DNA from: Steroidobacteraceae bacterium
GTDB taxonomy: Bacteria; Pseudomonadota; Gammaproteobacteria; Steroidobacterales; Steroidobacteraceae
Assembly (NCBI GenBank): GCA_036401515.1
Contig: DASWUU010000155.1
Span: 8,769-72,768, forward strand
Length of the DNA stretch: 64,000 nt
Reading direction: 5' to 3'
Both the position numbers and the translations under genes were made by a program. The notes under the pieces are model-generated. The model ran no database searches. It was not told the origin of the DNA and saw only the letters and a program-made list of their open reading frames with translations. Positions 1 to 9,554 of the stretch are shown in pieces (the stretch's first letter is position 1; each line of letters starts with the position of its first letter).

Positions 1-902
1 CGCATGGAATGACCGACACTATAGATTCGGTGATTATTTTTTCGGGACACTACCCAGGAATGTCCTAGAGAACTTGTCCAAAGGTCGCCGGTTGATACAA
101 ACGTTGGATTTGGCCTACACTGCAAACGCAGTGGCCCTCCCGATTTGAGCTAAACCCAGCTGAGCGTGTTCGGATTGGACTTTTTTGCACGCGAGTGGGA
201 GTTTAGTGGCTGCAGTTCCGTAAACACTAATCTTGAGCATCAGGCGGACGCCCTACTCTCAAAGGTGTTAAGTGCCTAGCAGCATACCGATGCCCGTGTA
301 ACCGCCGCCCAATACTAGTCGAACGGTGATTTTGTCAGTCCCATCCGGGTAGCATGCCGCGAGCGCATGTGCGATTGAGCGTTCCACAATGCCGCGTTCC
401 AGCGGGGGAATGCTGGAACCAGCACTACAGCGACCCTTAGTCACGCGCGAAGGCTTTCGGCCGGTCGTCCTGTCATTGATGGGTCGTCGGGTATACAGCC
501 AGGTCAGTCTAAGATTACAGCGTCTTTGCCGTGCTGCATTTACACAATGGCCAGTGGAAGATTGTAGCCCTGAGAGAGCAGATCAGTGCTCGAGCGATGA
601 GAGAACGAGAGACGCAACCCGTCTTTTCTGGGGCGTCGCATGTTATCAACGCGAATGACGAATACATCTGTGCAATCTGGCGAGCTCATCTTTATTTCGC
701 GCGCACCTCGCCTCACTGCCCCGGGAATCGGGGCGGCTTCTTGCACCGAGCTCGGCCCAAGTATGCGCCCCCATTTCTTAACTCACGCCAGCCGCTGCGC
801 ACATCCGCCGAAGAGTAGTCATAGTTTTGTCATTCTCATCCAATCATCGACGGCGCGTATGTTGCTAACGTGCGCAGGAGCTGAATATTTAAGGAGATCG
901 AA

Positions 903-1256
903 ATGAGTTCGTCAATGTTGGTCAAACAGTGGGCCCATCAAGTGTCCGCGGGGAACAAAACAATTCTCGCATTCCTTGCCGTCCTCACCATTACGGGGGC
1001 AGCGCCTGGATGCGCCGTCTTTCCACGCTCATCTAACCCGCTTGCCGACGAAAAGGTCACAGCAAATGTCGAGGCAAGATTTGGCCGCATGCCGGAGCTC
1101 GAAGCCCCAAATCTGCTTAGGGTACAGACAATAGACCGGGTCGTGTACCTCTCCGGGACGGTTGCAACTGGCCTACAGCGCAGGGACGCTGAAATCGCGG
1201 CCAACCAAGCTCAAGGGGTTGCAAAAGTCATCAATTCAATAGTCGTCGATCACTAG
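903..1256 (+). CDS. BON domain-containing exported protein (OsmY-like)
   Basis: 117-aa ORF with AAGGAG 6 nt before the ATG. Hydrophobic N-terminus ends ...GAAPGC (signal/lipobox-like). C-terminal RVQTIDRVVYLSGTVATGLQRRDAEIAA...GVAKVINSIVV fits the BON-domain pattern. Confidence 0.7.
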   Translation: MSSSMLVKQWAHQVSAGNKTILAFLAVLTITGAAPGCAVFPRSSNPLADEKVTANVEARFGRMPELEAPNLLRVQTIDRVVYLSGTVATGLQRRDAEIAANQAQGVAKVINSIVVDH

Positions 1257-1499
1257 CGGATTTTGAGAGCTATAATCCCGCGCTTGAATTTTGGACGTCC
1301 TTGCGACTAATCATCGATGGTTCGTTGCATTGCTCGCCGCAGTCGTCATTATCGCGGCGATCCCCTGCGGCGTTTCAGGGCGACCCGAGAAAAGTAGGCA
1401 GCGATTAGGGGTGGTCGATGGGGATTCATATCTTGCCCGCCCCAGTAGAGGCGTTGGGAAAAGGCTATTTCTCACCATTCACGCCGAGCTGGGGTCGCC

Positions 1500-2245
1500 T
1501 TGATTTCCGTGCAAACGGTAATTTGCCCCCGATATTTTCGGGGAAATCGCATAGTTTGCCGGAACGTGCTGAATAACGGGCGTTCTATCCGCATGCGACG
1601 GGGCGTTTGGAGGCCACTTTTGTGTGTAACCATCAAAGGCTCGTGATTTTGCCGAAAGTGACTGTAACACTTGTGCCCGGTATTGCTCGATCGGGAAAGT
1701 AAACACACCGCGCAAATCAATACGCTCGGCACGAGTCGGAGCGACACGCCCGATCAACGCTGGCGGCACAGCCGTTGTAGCGACGGCATTCCATTGGTCC
1801 AGCACGGACTGCATTAAATCGTGCTCCAGGCCAGCACCAGCTTCGCCAACAGGCTCGGCGCATCGGGGACGCATAGCGTGTGCTGATGAGTTCGAACACC
1901 ACCAGTACAGCTTGATTCTTGGTGACATAGGCGATGTCATCGAAAATCGAGAGATCGCGGTCCATTTCTCGATTGCCGCCTCGAGCACGAACTCGCTACG
2001 GCGTCAGCTTTTGCACGAGTCTGAGGTTTGGTTCAGAGCACCCGCCAGCCTTACTCGACCAAGGTCAAGCCGGTTGCCGAGCACAGGTGCGATTTCCGGC
2101 CTCCCGACGGTCCCGACAAGAGCAGGTTGGCTCCCTTGTCCAACCAGTTGTCGCCGGCGCACAGCGCGCACACTGATCCTTGGAGATCATGGGAACGGCT
2201 GCGAAGTTCTCAATGATCGTTGTGGCAAGAACAGAATCCTGCGAC
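1500..2245 (-). pseudogene. istB: IS21-family IstB (helper ATPase) relic, 5'-truncated, with several frameshifts and in-frame stops
   Basis: Minus-strand translation across three frames gives, in IstB order: IIENFAAVPMISKDQ, DNWLDKGANLLLSGPSGGRKSHL (Walker A with GK changed to RK), LVE*GWRVL*, LVQKL, EFVLEAAIEKW, DRDLSIFDDIAYVTKNQAVLVVFELISTRY. About the first 65 codons are absent. Boundaries are approximate. Confidence 0.6.
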
Positions 2246-2302
2246 CGGTATCGGCAATTCACCTCAAACGATGGCCAACTTTTGCTTTAGTTTGCGAGAT
2301 GC

Positions 2303-3052
2303 TCATATTTTTCGCTTGCGGCGCAGCTCATCTTCAATCCGGCGAATGTTCATCTCGCCTTGCGCGAGCGCAGTCTCACTCGTGTGCACGGAGTAGTAAC
2401 CCATCACCAGACCATGCGGATGCTTGACGGCCGATCCGAGCACGAAGCCGGTATCAACTTCGGCTCGGAACGTGATGGGTGCTTGCGACTCATCAAAAAT
2501 CGCGAGTTCCCCAGCTGGTATGGAGCCAGGCGTCAGAGCGTTGCCCTCGTGCACCGCCACCCATGCAACCTCGTGTCCCGGCGGGGGATCGTAACGCCAG
2601 GTATCACCAGCCCTGAGGCAAACATCGAGGTAGTTCATCGGTGAGGGCGAATTGATGGGGCTTCGAGCCTGGCCTAATTCACCCAAAATCAGACGTGCCG
2701 GCCCAATTTTGGGAAAACTGCCCTGGTCTAGGTATCTGCTTAGAGCCGAGGCCGCCTCCAACTCCGGCGGTAATGCTACCCAGAGCTGATAACCTCTTAT
2801 GCGCTGACCGGTCCCACTGCCGGTATGCCATACTCCACCCCCCGCCTGCATCCATTCCACTGCGCCTTGGGTCATGGTTCCCGTCGCCCCTGTGCTGTCT
2901 TCGTAGTTGAATCCGCCTTCGAACAGGAGCGTCAGCGTTGCAATACCCGAGTGGGGATGCCATGAGAATCGCGGCGCGAACTTCATATCCACATCAAGCT
3001 GGTCGAGGAAAATGAATGGCTTGATAAGCTGACCGAGGTCGGATGGGCTCAT
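2303..3052 (-). CDS. pirin family protein
   Basis: 249-aa ORF. WHPHSGIATLTLLFEGGFNYEDS and AVEWMQAGGGVWHTG cupin motifs are typical of pirins. Confidence 0.85.
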   Translation of the reverse strand: MSPSDLGQLIKPFIFLDQLDVDMKFAPRFSWHPHSGIATLTLLFEGGFNYEDSTGATGTMTQGAVEWMQAGGGVWHTGSGTGQRIRGYQLWVALPPELEAASALSRYLDQGSFPKIGPARLILGELGQARSPINSPSPMNYLDVCLRAGDTWRYDPPPGHEVAWVAVHEGNALTPGSIPAGELAIFDESQAPITFRAEVDTGFVLGSAVKHPHGLVMGYYSVHTSETALAQGEMNIRRIEDELRRKRKI

Positions 3053-3259
3053 CAGCCTGACGATCGGACCGTGCCGCTGACCGCGCGTGCGATGCGCGAC
3101 GCGGCGGGATTTGATAGTCGCGCTCCCGGGGAATGAAATGGCGACTGATCCAAAGTAATTTTAATCTTTGCTGGCGCGTAATCGTCTCGTCGATCGCGGC
3201 AGAATTGTTACGAAACAGGCGCTGTGTGTGGGCGCCCATAGGAAAGTTCTCGGTGAATG

Positions 3260-3604
3260 TCATCGTCGCGAAAATTTTGTTGCGGCAGCCGCTAACAAGG
3301 CTAGACCATCGACTGCAAGGGCGCGATTTTCTTGCGAAAGCGTTTCCAAAAGTCCTGCGAGGCGGTCCGAATCCAGCACAGACGCCGCGGACGCCGCCGC
3401 GATCCCCTTGGGGGTCAATTCGAGACTGATGAGCCGGTGATCAGCCGGCGACCGCGATCGCTTGAGATAATTCAGGGCCTCCAGATGCTTGATGCGCGCC
3501 CAGAGGCTGGAGGCCGCAATGCCAAGGTGGCGGGCCAGCGCGCCGGGCGTCACCGTGGAGTCGAAGGTAAGATGCGCCAGGATCGAGGCGTCTGCCGAAG
3601 ACAA
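3260..3604 (-). CDS. MarR-family (winged-helix) transcriptional regulator, short form
   Basis: 114-aa ORF. TPGALARHLGIAASSLWARIKHLEALNYLKRSRSPADHRLISLELTPKG matches the MarR wHTH plus wing pattern. Confidence 0.7.
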   Translation of the reverse strand: MSSADASILAHLTFDSTVTPGALARHLGIAASSLWARIKHLEALNYLKRSRSPADHRLISLELTPKGIAAASAASVLDSDRLAGLLETLSQENRALAVDGLALLAAAATKFSRR

Positions 3605-3722
3605 TTGCGACGCGCGCGTGCGTCGGCGTACGTGGTCGATGTGGCAGGCAAGATAGATTTGCGGGTATGCGCTTTGAATGGTTCAGACGAGCGCCAGCAG
3701 TTCTCCCGCGGGCCTGTGTCCG

Positions 3723-4262
3723 TCACGAGCCATGGAGATTGTTTCGCGCGCTTGCGGCAGCCGACAGCGCCGCCAGATATCGCTTCATAGTGGTGTCATA
3801 ACCTAAGATGAAGCGCTGAACGGGCCTGAAAGGCGCGGCGGCGATCCAGCCTTTTTCTTCGATGCTCACCTGGGTTTCATTTCCCATCGCCTCCAGATTG
3901 ATCGACCAGGTGCCACCAAACGTCCCGCTGGGATCGCGCACCGCGCGGATGTACAGGGAGGGAGCTTCGCGCCGCACTGTCACATAGGTCAGTGAATTTC
4001 CAGCCGCATCATCCACTTTCCAGACCTCATGATCACCTTCCTGCGGCACTCTGTGAACCGAAGCAGCCTCCTTGAACCAAGCTGGCATGTCCTGGGTATC
4101 GGAAACCAGCACCCAGACCAGGCTCCGCGGCGCGGGAATACGCATCGAGACACGCACCTGGTGATCGCGCGGCATCGCATAACCGCTGGCGAGAAACAGC
4201 AGACCAAGCCCCGTGACGACCAGCACGGGGTAGAGACCAAATTTGAATATGGCTATTGTCAT
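3723..4262 (-). CDS. SRPBCC-family protein with N-terminal membrane anchor
   Basis: Start taken at the internal ATG (MTIAIFKFGLYPVLVVTGLGLLFLASG, one TM). The rest (IPAPRSLVWVLVSDTQDMPAWF...GTWSINLEAMGNETQVSIEEKG) resembles polyketide-cyclase/SRPBCC folds. Confidence 0.55.
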   Translation of the reverse strand: MTIAIFKFGLYPVLVVTGLGLLFLASGYAMPRDHQVRVSMRIPAPRSLVWVLVSDTQDMPAWFKEAASVHRVPQEGDHEVWKVDDAAGNSLTYVTVRREAPSLYIRAVRDPSGTFGGTWSINLEAMGNETQVSIEEKGWIAAAPFRPVQRFILGYDTTMKRYLAALSAAASARNNLHGS

Positions 4263-4393
4263 TCCAGGGGCATTGGAACTTGAAAATAATACTTCGTCAA
4301 ACCGAAGGATCACTAGCGTCGAGGCGACGGAGGATTTGCCAATTCGATAGGGAACTGAACGCCCGCTCGATCCGAATATAGTGTAGGGGTCAC

Positions 4394-5257
4394 GTGCCCC
4401 CAGCGTCAGTGTTGGTGCATGATACAGCCATCATGGACCTCTTCTTTACTCGCTCGGGCGTGCGCCTGCGTCGACACTCGGCAAAGGCGGGCAAGTTAAA
4501 CTGGCTTTTACTCCCCGGCGGTCCAGGAATTGGTTCCGAAAGCTTGCACGAACTCGCGGACTCGCTCCGCGTGCCCGGTTCGATATGGCTCGTGGACCTG
4601 CCCGGTGATGGCTCCAACCGCACTCCACCAGGCGCGTCGGCTAATCCGTTCTCCCGCTGGCCGAAAGTGCTGATCGAAGCTGCTCAGGCCTTGCCAAATG
4701 CGGTGTTTGCAGGGCACTCCACCGGCGGCATGTACCTTCTCGCTACCCCCAAGCTCGATGGGCACGTCTGCGGGCTCGCGCTTCTCGACACGGCGCCGGA
4801 TGCCTCTTGGCATCCGCGTTTTGTGGAGATGACATTGAACCGGCCGCTCCCGGCGGTCGAAATTGCGACCGCAGTCTACGAGAAGGATCGCCGAGACGAA
4901 CATATCGCCGCAATTGCCGTGGCCTCGGCTGAATGGAATTTCACGTCCGCGGGCATTTCCGCGGGCCGGGACCTTCTGGCCCGGATGCCCTACAACAGCG
5001 CTGCCGTCGAGTGGTCTGAAGCAAATTTCGACCATAGCTATCAAGCCGTCTGGTGGCCGCGCTCAATGCCTGTGCTGGTGCTAGCAGGAGCTGAAGACAG
5101 GATCGTTTGGCAGGGAGGATGGGCTTGCAATTGCTTCCGAACACCCAACGCCCTTTTTCGTACGGTCGCCGGAGGCGGGCACTTCCCTTGGATCGAAAAC
5201 CCGGTGGCAGTCAGTGCGGCATTTCTGGAATTGACCGAAAGGATCCTAATGCGCTGA
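4394..5257 (+). CDS. alpha/beta hydrolase
   Basis: LLLPGGPGIGSE, nucleophile elbow FAGHSTGGMYLL, C-terminal GGGHFPWIENP. Start is uncertain (GTG 4394 or ATG 4433). Confidence 0.75.
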   Translation: MPPASVLVHDTAIMDLFFTRSGVRLRRHSAKAGKLNWLLLPGGPGIGSESLHELADSLRVPGSIWLVDLPGDGSNRTPPGASANPFSRWPKVLIEAAQALPNAVFAGHSTGGMYLLATPKLDGHVCGLALLDTAPDASWHPRFVEMTLNRPLPAVEIATAVYEKDRRDEHIAAIAVASAEWNFTSAGISAGRDLLARMPYNSAAVEWSEANFDHSYQAVWWPRSMPVLVLAGAEDRIVWQGGWACNCFRTPNALFRTVAGGGHFPWIENPVAVSAAFLELTERILMR

Positions 5258-5986
5258 GCAAAGTTACCTTCGTTTTCGCAGCGGGCCCCAAAAAAAAGCG
5301 GCCCGACCCGAGTCGGCCAATACCGGTAATTCGCAATCGCAAAGCGCTATCGAATTTGCGCTCATTCGTGAGATATAGTTAATGGCGCTCCCTCGGTGGC
5401 AGATAGAAGGGCGGCCGCGTGTTGCGCAGACGCTTTATCAGCGGCATAAAGATGCACACGAAGGGGCGCCCACAAGTGCTCAGCCGAACGAGCCTCCCCC
5501 CGCTTCGAATCCGTACGACCATGGCGGCTCAGTCGGGCTGACCTGATGGCATTCGTCGGTCCACCGATAACCTAGGAAATCGCCTGCCGCCTGCATTGCC
5601 TTTTTCAGACAGCGCGTCGCTGAGACGCCTTAATATTTGCGATTGGCGTTGCGGCGGTCGTCATCGCCTGGTCTCATTGCAGGTGCCAGTATTTCTTTTG
5701 ATCCGAGGACTCAAAGCTGACATCGCCAGTCACCATGGCTCTATTGTTAAGCAGCTAACGTTGAGCAGCGATCGCACAGCATCCACTGCCTTCGGGCGAT
5801 GCCCCCCGCGTTCATCGCGGGGGTCATGCCCATCAACCATAAAACTTAAAAAACATCCAATTTATTAGGACGCGCGCCCTCAGGCACAAAGGCCTGCTTC
5901 AACGATTGCTTCTCGCGCCGGATCGAGTCTGCGACTGCCAATTGTCTGGCCGTGTTTGCGGGGGAGGAACGATAGCGGGGACGGAT

Positions 5987-6222
5987 TTATTGATAACGTA
6001 CCAACAAGCGTTGCACGGTTCGGGTTGAGCAGCCCGCTCTTTCGGCGGCTTCCTCGACGCTCGTCCGAAGTGCTGACTTCACGATTCGATCTTTTGCCTT
6101 AGCGATCGCCCAGTCAGCTTTCGGAATTGCCAATAGGTCGCCGTGAGCGCTACGCCATCAGAGTCGATCCGCGCGATAGATGCGAGACCGGAGGGACGCT
6201 TGCGCTTCTGCGTGGTTGCCAT
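5987..6222 (-). pseudogene. possible frameshifted small HTH gene relic (transposase/resolvase-type HTH)
   Basis: ATG at 6222 opens a 50-codon frame. A second frame reads KADWAIAKAKDRIVKSALRTSVEEAAERAGCSTRTVQRLLVRYQ*, an HTH-like segment. No catalytic domain follows. Confidence 0.25.
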
Positions 6223-6595
6223 TCGCAGCCTTGTCGATTTCTGAGAGCATTGCGTGACAAAATTGACCGGCCACGGGCTTTACGCGCTTTAAAGAAATTG
6301 GCACGCGAGAACGCAAGTCCCGGAGCAGTCTGAGAAAACTAGCCTAGGGTGCGGTCAGCGAGCAGGGAAAAAGACAGTAATTAGGGCAATCCACAACTGG
6401 ATCGATGCCACGCAAAATACGATAATCCCTTCGATCTTGATGAACTTCATATGTGCTTGAATGATGCGAAAGGCGCTTACGATGAATGTTTGGATGACTG
6501 CGCAACTTCAGTGCGGCAGCAAGGGGGCCGTGCGCTCACCAAGGCGGTAGGCGTTTAGGAATATTCTAGCCAGTAAATTCGGTAGGAGAATCAAA

Positions 6596-8095
6596 TTGGA
6601 CACCCGTTTTACTCGCCGCGAGTTCAGTGGTTTAGTGGTATCGAGTGCTGCAGCAATTAGCTTGGGCGCCTCGCTGTCAAAGGCCTCGCAAACTGCAGAC
6701 GTCAGCTGGACCTCGGATGACCCTCACTTAAGCGGTAACTATCTACCGGTAGCTCGCGAGGTGGATTCAGCCAACCTACAGGTAATCTCGGGCCGCATCC
6801 CGCCCGAGCTGAGTGGCGCTTATATGCGCAATGGACCGAATCCACTTTTCGAGCCCATCTGGTACGCCTATCCCATGGATGGCGATGGGATGATCCACGG
6901 GGTCTATTTTGAGAACGGCCGGGCACGCTACCGCAACCGCTTTGTGCAGACTAAGGGCCTCGCGACCGAGCGTCGCGCAGGTCGCGCAATTTATGGCAGC
7001 TTTACGCATCCGGTTCCTATCGACACCGCGCTGATCGGCCCCGACGGACAAACCGGTCCATTCAAAAACGGCGCCTTCATCAGCGTCTTAAGTCACGGTG
7101 GTCACCTGCTGGCGCTCGACGAAGCGACCACTTGCTACGAAATGACGATGGACCTCGACACGATCGGGGAATGGAAGGCGGGCACTGACAAACCGATTAG
7201 GCTCGGCGCGCATAACCGCCGGCACCCAAAGACGGGCGCCCTGTTCACGCTCGCTTATTCAATCAAAGAACCTACGGTCGAGTTCCACCAAATCGATGCT
7301 TCGGGCAATCTTGCCAAGACTTTTTCGGTCGCCCTCGCGGCGCCGACAATGATTCATGACTTCGTACTAACCGAACGATACATCGTGCTGCTCGCTTGTC
7401 CGGCAATCTTCGATCTGAATGCGGCGCAATCGGGAAAACCTCTGATGCAATGGCAGCCTAGCCTCGGTACTCGCATCGGCCTCATCGCGCTCGATGGAAG
7501 CTCTGCAGAGTGGCTCGGCGCGGATCCTTTCTTCGTATTTCATTTCGGGAATGCCTATGAGCGTGGCGGCCAACTCTTCATCAACTATGTTCGCCATGAA
7601 AGTCTCATCCTCGGCTACGGAGCAGCTGGCCACAAATTTCCGACCCTGCATCAGATGGTCATCGATCTTAAAAGCCGCAAGATCACCGACGCAGAGATCG
7701 CGAATATGGTGGTCGAATTCCCTCGAGTGAATGACACGCTCAATGCGCTTCCGACTCGTTTTGTCTACCTGCCGACTCTAACCAATACGCTTAAGATTGC
7801 AAATGCGCCTTCAGCTACTTTTAATACGATGTTGAAAGTAAACACGGAGACCGGCGATATCGTTCGCCATGATTTTGGCAATCAGGTCGCGGGCGAGGCG
7901 ACGTTTATTCCACGCAAACCAAATCGTCGCGAAGATGATGGTTACTTAGCGATATTCGCCTTCAATTCCGTCAACCGGACCAGTAATCTAGTCCTCCTCG
8001 ATGCTGAGCATATCGACGCGGAGCCCGTGGCCGTCATCCGTCTTCCGCAGCGCGTCCCTCAAGGTCTACACGGAAATTGGATACCGATAGTCTAA
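6596..8095 (+). CDS. carotenoid oxygenase family protein (carotenoid/stilbene-cleaving dioxygenase type), Tat-exported
   Basis: 499-aa ORF, TTG start after GGTAGGAGA. Twin-arginine leader TRREFSGLVVSSAAAISLGASLSKA. Family motifs include GNYLPV, YMRNGPNP, MDGDGMIHGV, RYRNRFVQT, MIHDF, FHFGNAYE and GLHGNW. Confidence 0.9.
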   Translation: MDTRFTRREFSGLVVSSAAAISLGASLSKASQTADVSWTSDDPHLSGNYLPVAREVDSANLQVISGRIPPELSGAYMRNGPNPLFEPIWYAYPMDGDGMIHGVYFENGRARYRNRFVQTKGLATERRAGRAIYGSFTHPVPIDTALIGPDGQTGPFKNGAFISVLSHGGHLLALDEATTCYEMTMDLDTIGEWKAGTDKPIRLGAHNRRHPKTGALFTLAYSIKEPTVEFHQIDASGNLAKTFSVALAAPTMIHDFVLTERYIVLLACPAIFDLNAAQSGKPLMQWQPSLGTRIGLIALDGSSAEWLGADPFFVFHFGNAYERGGQLFINYVRHESLILGYGAAGHKFPTLHQMVIDLKSRKITDAEIANMVVEFPRVNDTLNALPTRFVYLPTLTNTLKIANAPSATFNTMLKVNTETGDIVRHDFGNQVAGEATFIPRKPNRREDDGYLAIFAFNSVNRTSNLVLLDAEHIDAEPVAVIRLPQRVPQGLHGNWIPIV

Positions 8096-8124
8096 TTGTT
8101 CAGGGAATCCCTCGCTGACGGAGT

Positions 8125-8650
8125 GTGGCGATCAAACGCCAGATCGAACTCGTTGTCGAAGCCGGCGGCGCGGGCGAACATCAACTGGCTGAAGCCGAGC
8201 ACGGCGACGAACACCCACGCTTGGTGGACTCTCCGGTTTTGAGATCGAACCACTCGATCGGATCGCCGGCGTAGTCGACTTCCTCGCGTTCGCCGGCCGC
8301 GAACTCGCGGACAGTAACGCTCGCCTGCCGGTATTGCGGGAACTTGCGGTAAAATGGCTTCCAGAAGTTTGAGTAAGTGGCAGGTGCTGGGCGCGTTCCT
8401 CCCACAGGAACTTCAACTGATGACCAAGCCCCAGATCGTGGATGAGCGGCCGCCAGTCGACCTGCAGCATCCACACCGGCTCCGGCAGCGACTTCGGTGC
8501 GTCGGGTGAGTGTCGTAGGCCGTCGCGGACCTCGCGCACCGTGTCGAGGGAACAGCCAAGAGCTCGGGCGATCTCCCGTAATCCGCGACCTTCCACCAGT
8601 CGGCGCCGGATCTCCTCGAACCGCCGCACCGTCATGCTGCGTACCCCCAT
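8125..8650 (-). pseudogene. istA: IS21-family IstA transposase relic (about the first 175 codons, two frameshifts, 3'-truncated)
   Basis: MTVRRFEEIRRRLVEGRGLREIARALGCSLDTVREVRDG (HTH), then ...LKFLWEE. Frameshift near 8380-8390 to ATYSNFWKPFYRKFPQYRQASVTVREFAAGEREEVDYAGDPIEWFDLKTGE. Frameshift near 8230 to VHQAWVFVAVLGFSQLMFA. Similarity stops about 30 nt from the oxygenase stop codon. Confidence 0.7.
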
Positions 8651-8836
8651 GTCGTCAACTCCTTCGTATGGACCCACGAAGGTGGCCGGATCGGATTTGG
8701 CGACCGCCAATATCAGCCGTTGACGTCGCCAACCGCGGCAGCGGCGGCGACACAAAATCGACGGAAATCCGAGCATCGACGGACCTTTGGCGCCCTCCGG
8801 GCGCCTCAAAAAGCGCCCCGCAGGTGGTCCCCAACA
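8651..8836 (-). mobile_element. putative istA-proximal end of the IS21-like element (terminal region)
   Basis: About 185 nt lie between the relic's ATG and the point where an unrelated gene fragment begins. Minus strand reads TGTTGGGGACC... from 8836 (TGT-type terminus). A 9-nt direct repeat atcgacgga occurs at 8757-8765 and 8775-8783, as expected for multiple transposase-binding repeats. The terminus position is inferred. Confidence 0.35.
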
Positions 8837-8850
8837 GAGGGAATTCTGCA

Positions 8851-9024
8851 GACGACTTCGGCATGCTCGCACCCGGCAAGCGCGCGGATTTGATATTGTT
8901 CAAGGGCGATCCGGCCGCCCGCATTTCGGATAGCGAAAATGTGGATATCGTGTTCAAGAATGGCGTTGGGTACGACTCCGATCGCCTAATCGAGTCGGTG
9001 CGCGGACAGATACGCATCCGTTGA
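8851..9024 (+). pseudogene. 3' fragment of a metal-dependent amidohydrolase
   Basis: DDFGMLAPGKRADLILFKGDPAARISDSENVDIVFKNGVGYD parallels the C-terminus of the intact amidohydrolase at 31233-32729 (GTVERGKNADLVLLDADP...VVRAGRY). Nothing upstream remains, and it abuts the IS21 end. Confidence 0.55.
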
Positions 9025-9169
9025 GATTCTTTCTCTGGGATTTTCTAGGGGTTTGGCGCCTCGACTTCCGCAGATCCTGTGAGAGTTTACGTCCCTTTGT
9101 TGGAATTTAACCTGATAGGAAATATTTCGATATGTGTGCTGTTCGGGCGGCGGCCCGGGCAGCCCGGTT

Positions 9170-9385
9170 AAGGCTGACCGTCGGGTTGTGCGCCCGAATA
9201 TCCACTCACGACGAGCAGACGCTGCCTATGCAGTTGGCCCCATGCGCACCTATGCATGGCGGCGGGGTTGGAAGATTATTGTCGAAGAGCAATGCCGATG
9301 AGATACGGCGAGGAAGTGCTGGCAGCTCAAGGAGGCGTGGCGCCCGCCCAAGCACAGGGCGGGATCACGATAAGGAATGATTTCC
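9170..9385 (+). pseudogene. serine recombinase (resolvase/invertase) N-terminal relic
   Basis: VGLCARISTHDEQTLPMQL resembles the catalytic-Ser start (YaRVSt.dQ...Q). A second frame continues MRTYAWRRGWKIIVEE (..a...GW.iv.e). Only about 70 codons remain, and they are frameshifted. Confidence 0.4.
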
Positions 9386-9554
9386 TGTGCTAAAACTCTT
9401 GCCGCATGCGACTTTTTGTCGCTTCATTTTGGGACTGAATATTGGGACGCGTGAGTGCTACTTTTGTAGATTTTGGCATTTCGTCCCGAAACGTACCCTT
9501 TGCGCAACTAAAATCTGATAAGACGACGGTGAAAACACGGGAGTTAGATCAGGC

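Noticed and set aside
1291-1503. 70-aa plus-strand ORF ending ...GKRLFLTIHAELGSP as the missing upstream part of the IS-disrupted amidohydrolase (8851-9024). This would make 1504-8836 a single insertion.
   Set aside because: The resemblance to the ...T...AE.LG... segment of amidohydrolases is only a few residues. The BON gene ends at 1256, leaving no room for the remaining ~1 kb of such a gene. I found no matching target-site duplication.
5490-5525. TTCGAATCC word (5504-5512) as a tRNA or tRNA-fragment integration site.
   Set aside because: The flanks do not form a T-stem (cccgc / ccgta) or an acceptor stem on either strand. No cloverleaf can be drawn.
5803-5823. 8-bp GC hairpin as an intrinsic terminator.
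   Set aside because: No U/T tract follows on either strand, and no gene ends nearby.
8132-8872. 246-aa ORF as a single intact gene.
   Set aside because: Only its middle part is IstA-like. The first 74 codons are the IS terminal region read through, and the last part is out of frame relative to the true IstA continuation found in two other frames.
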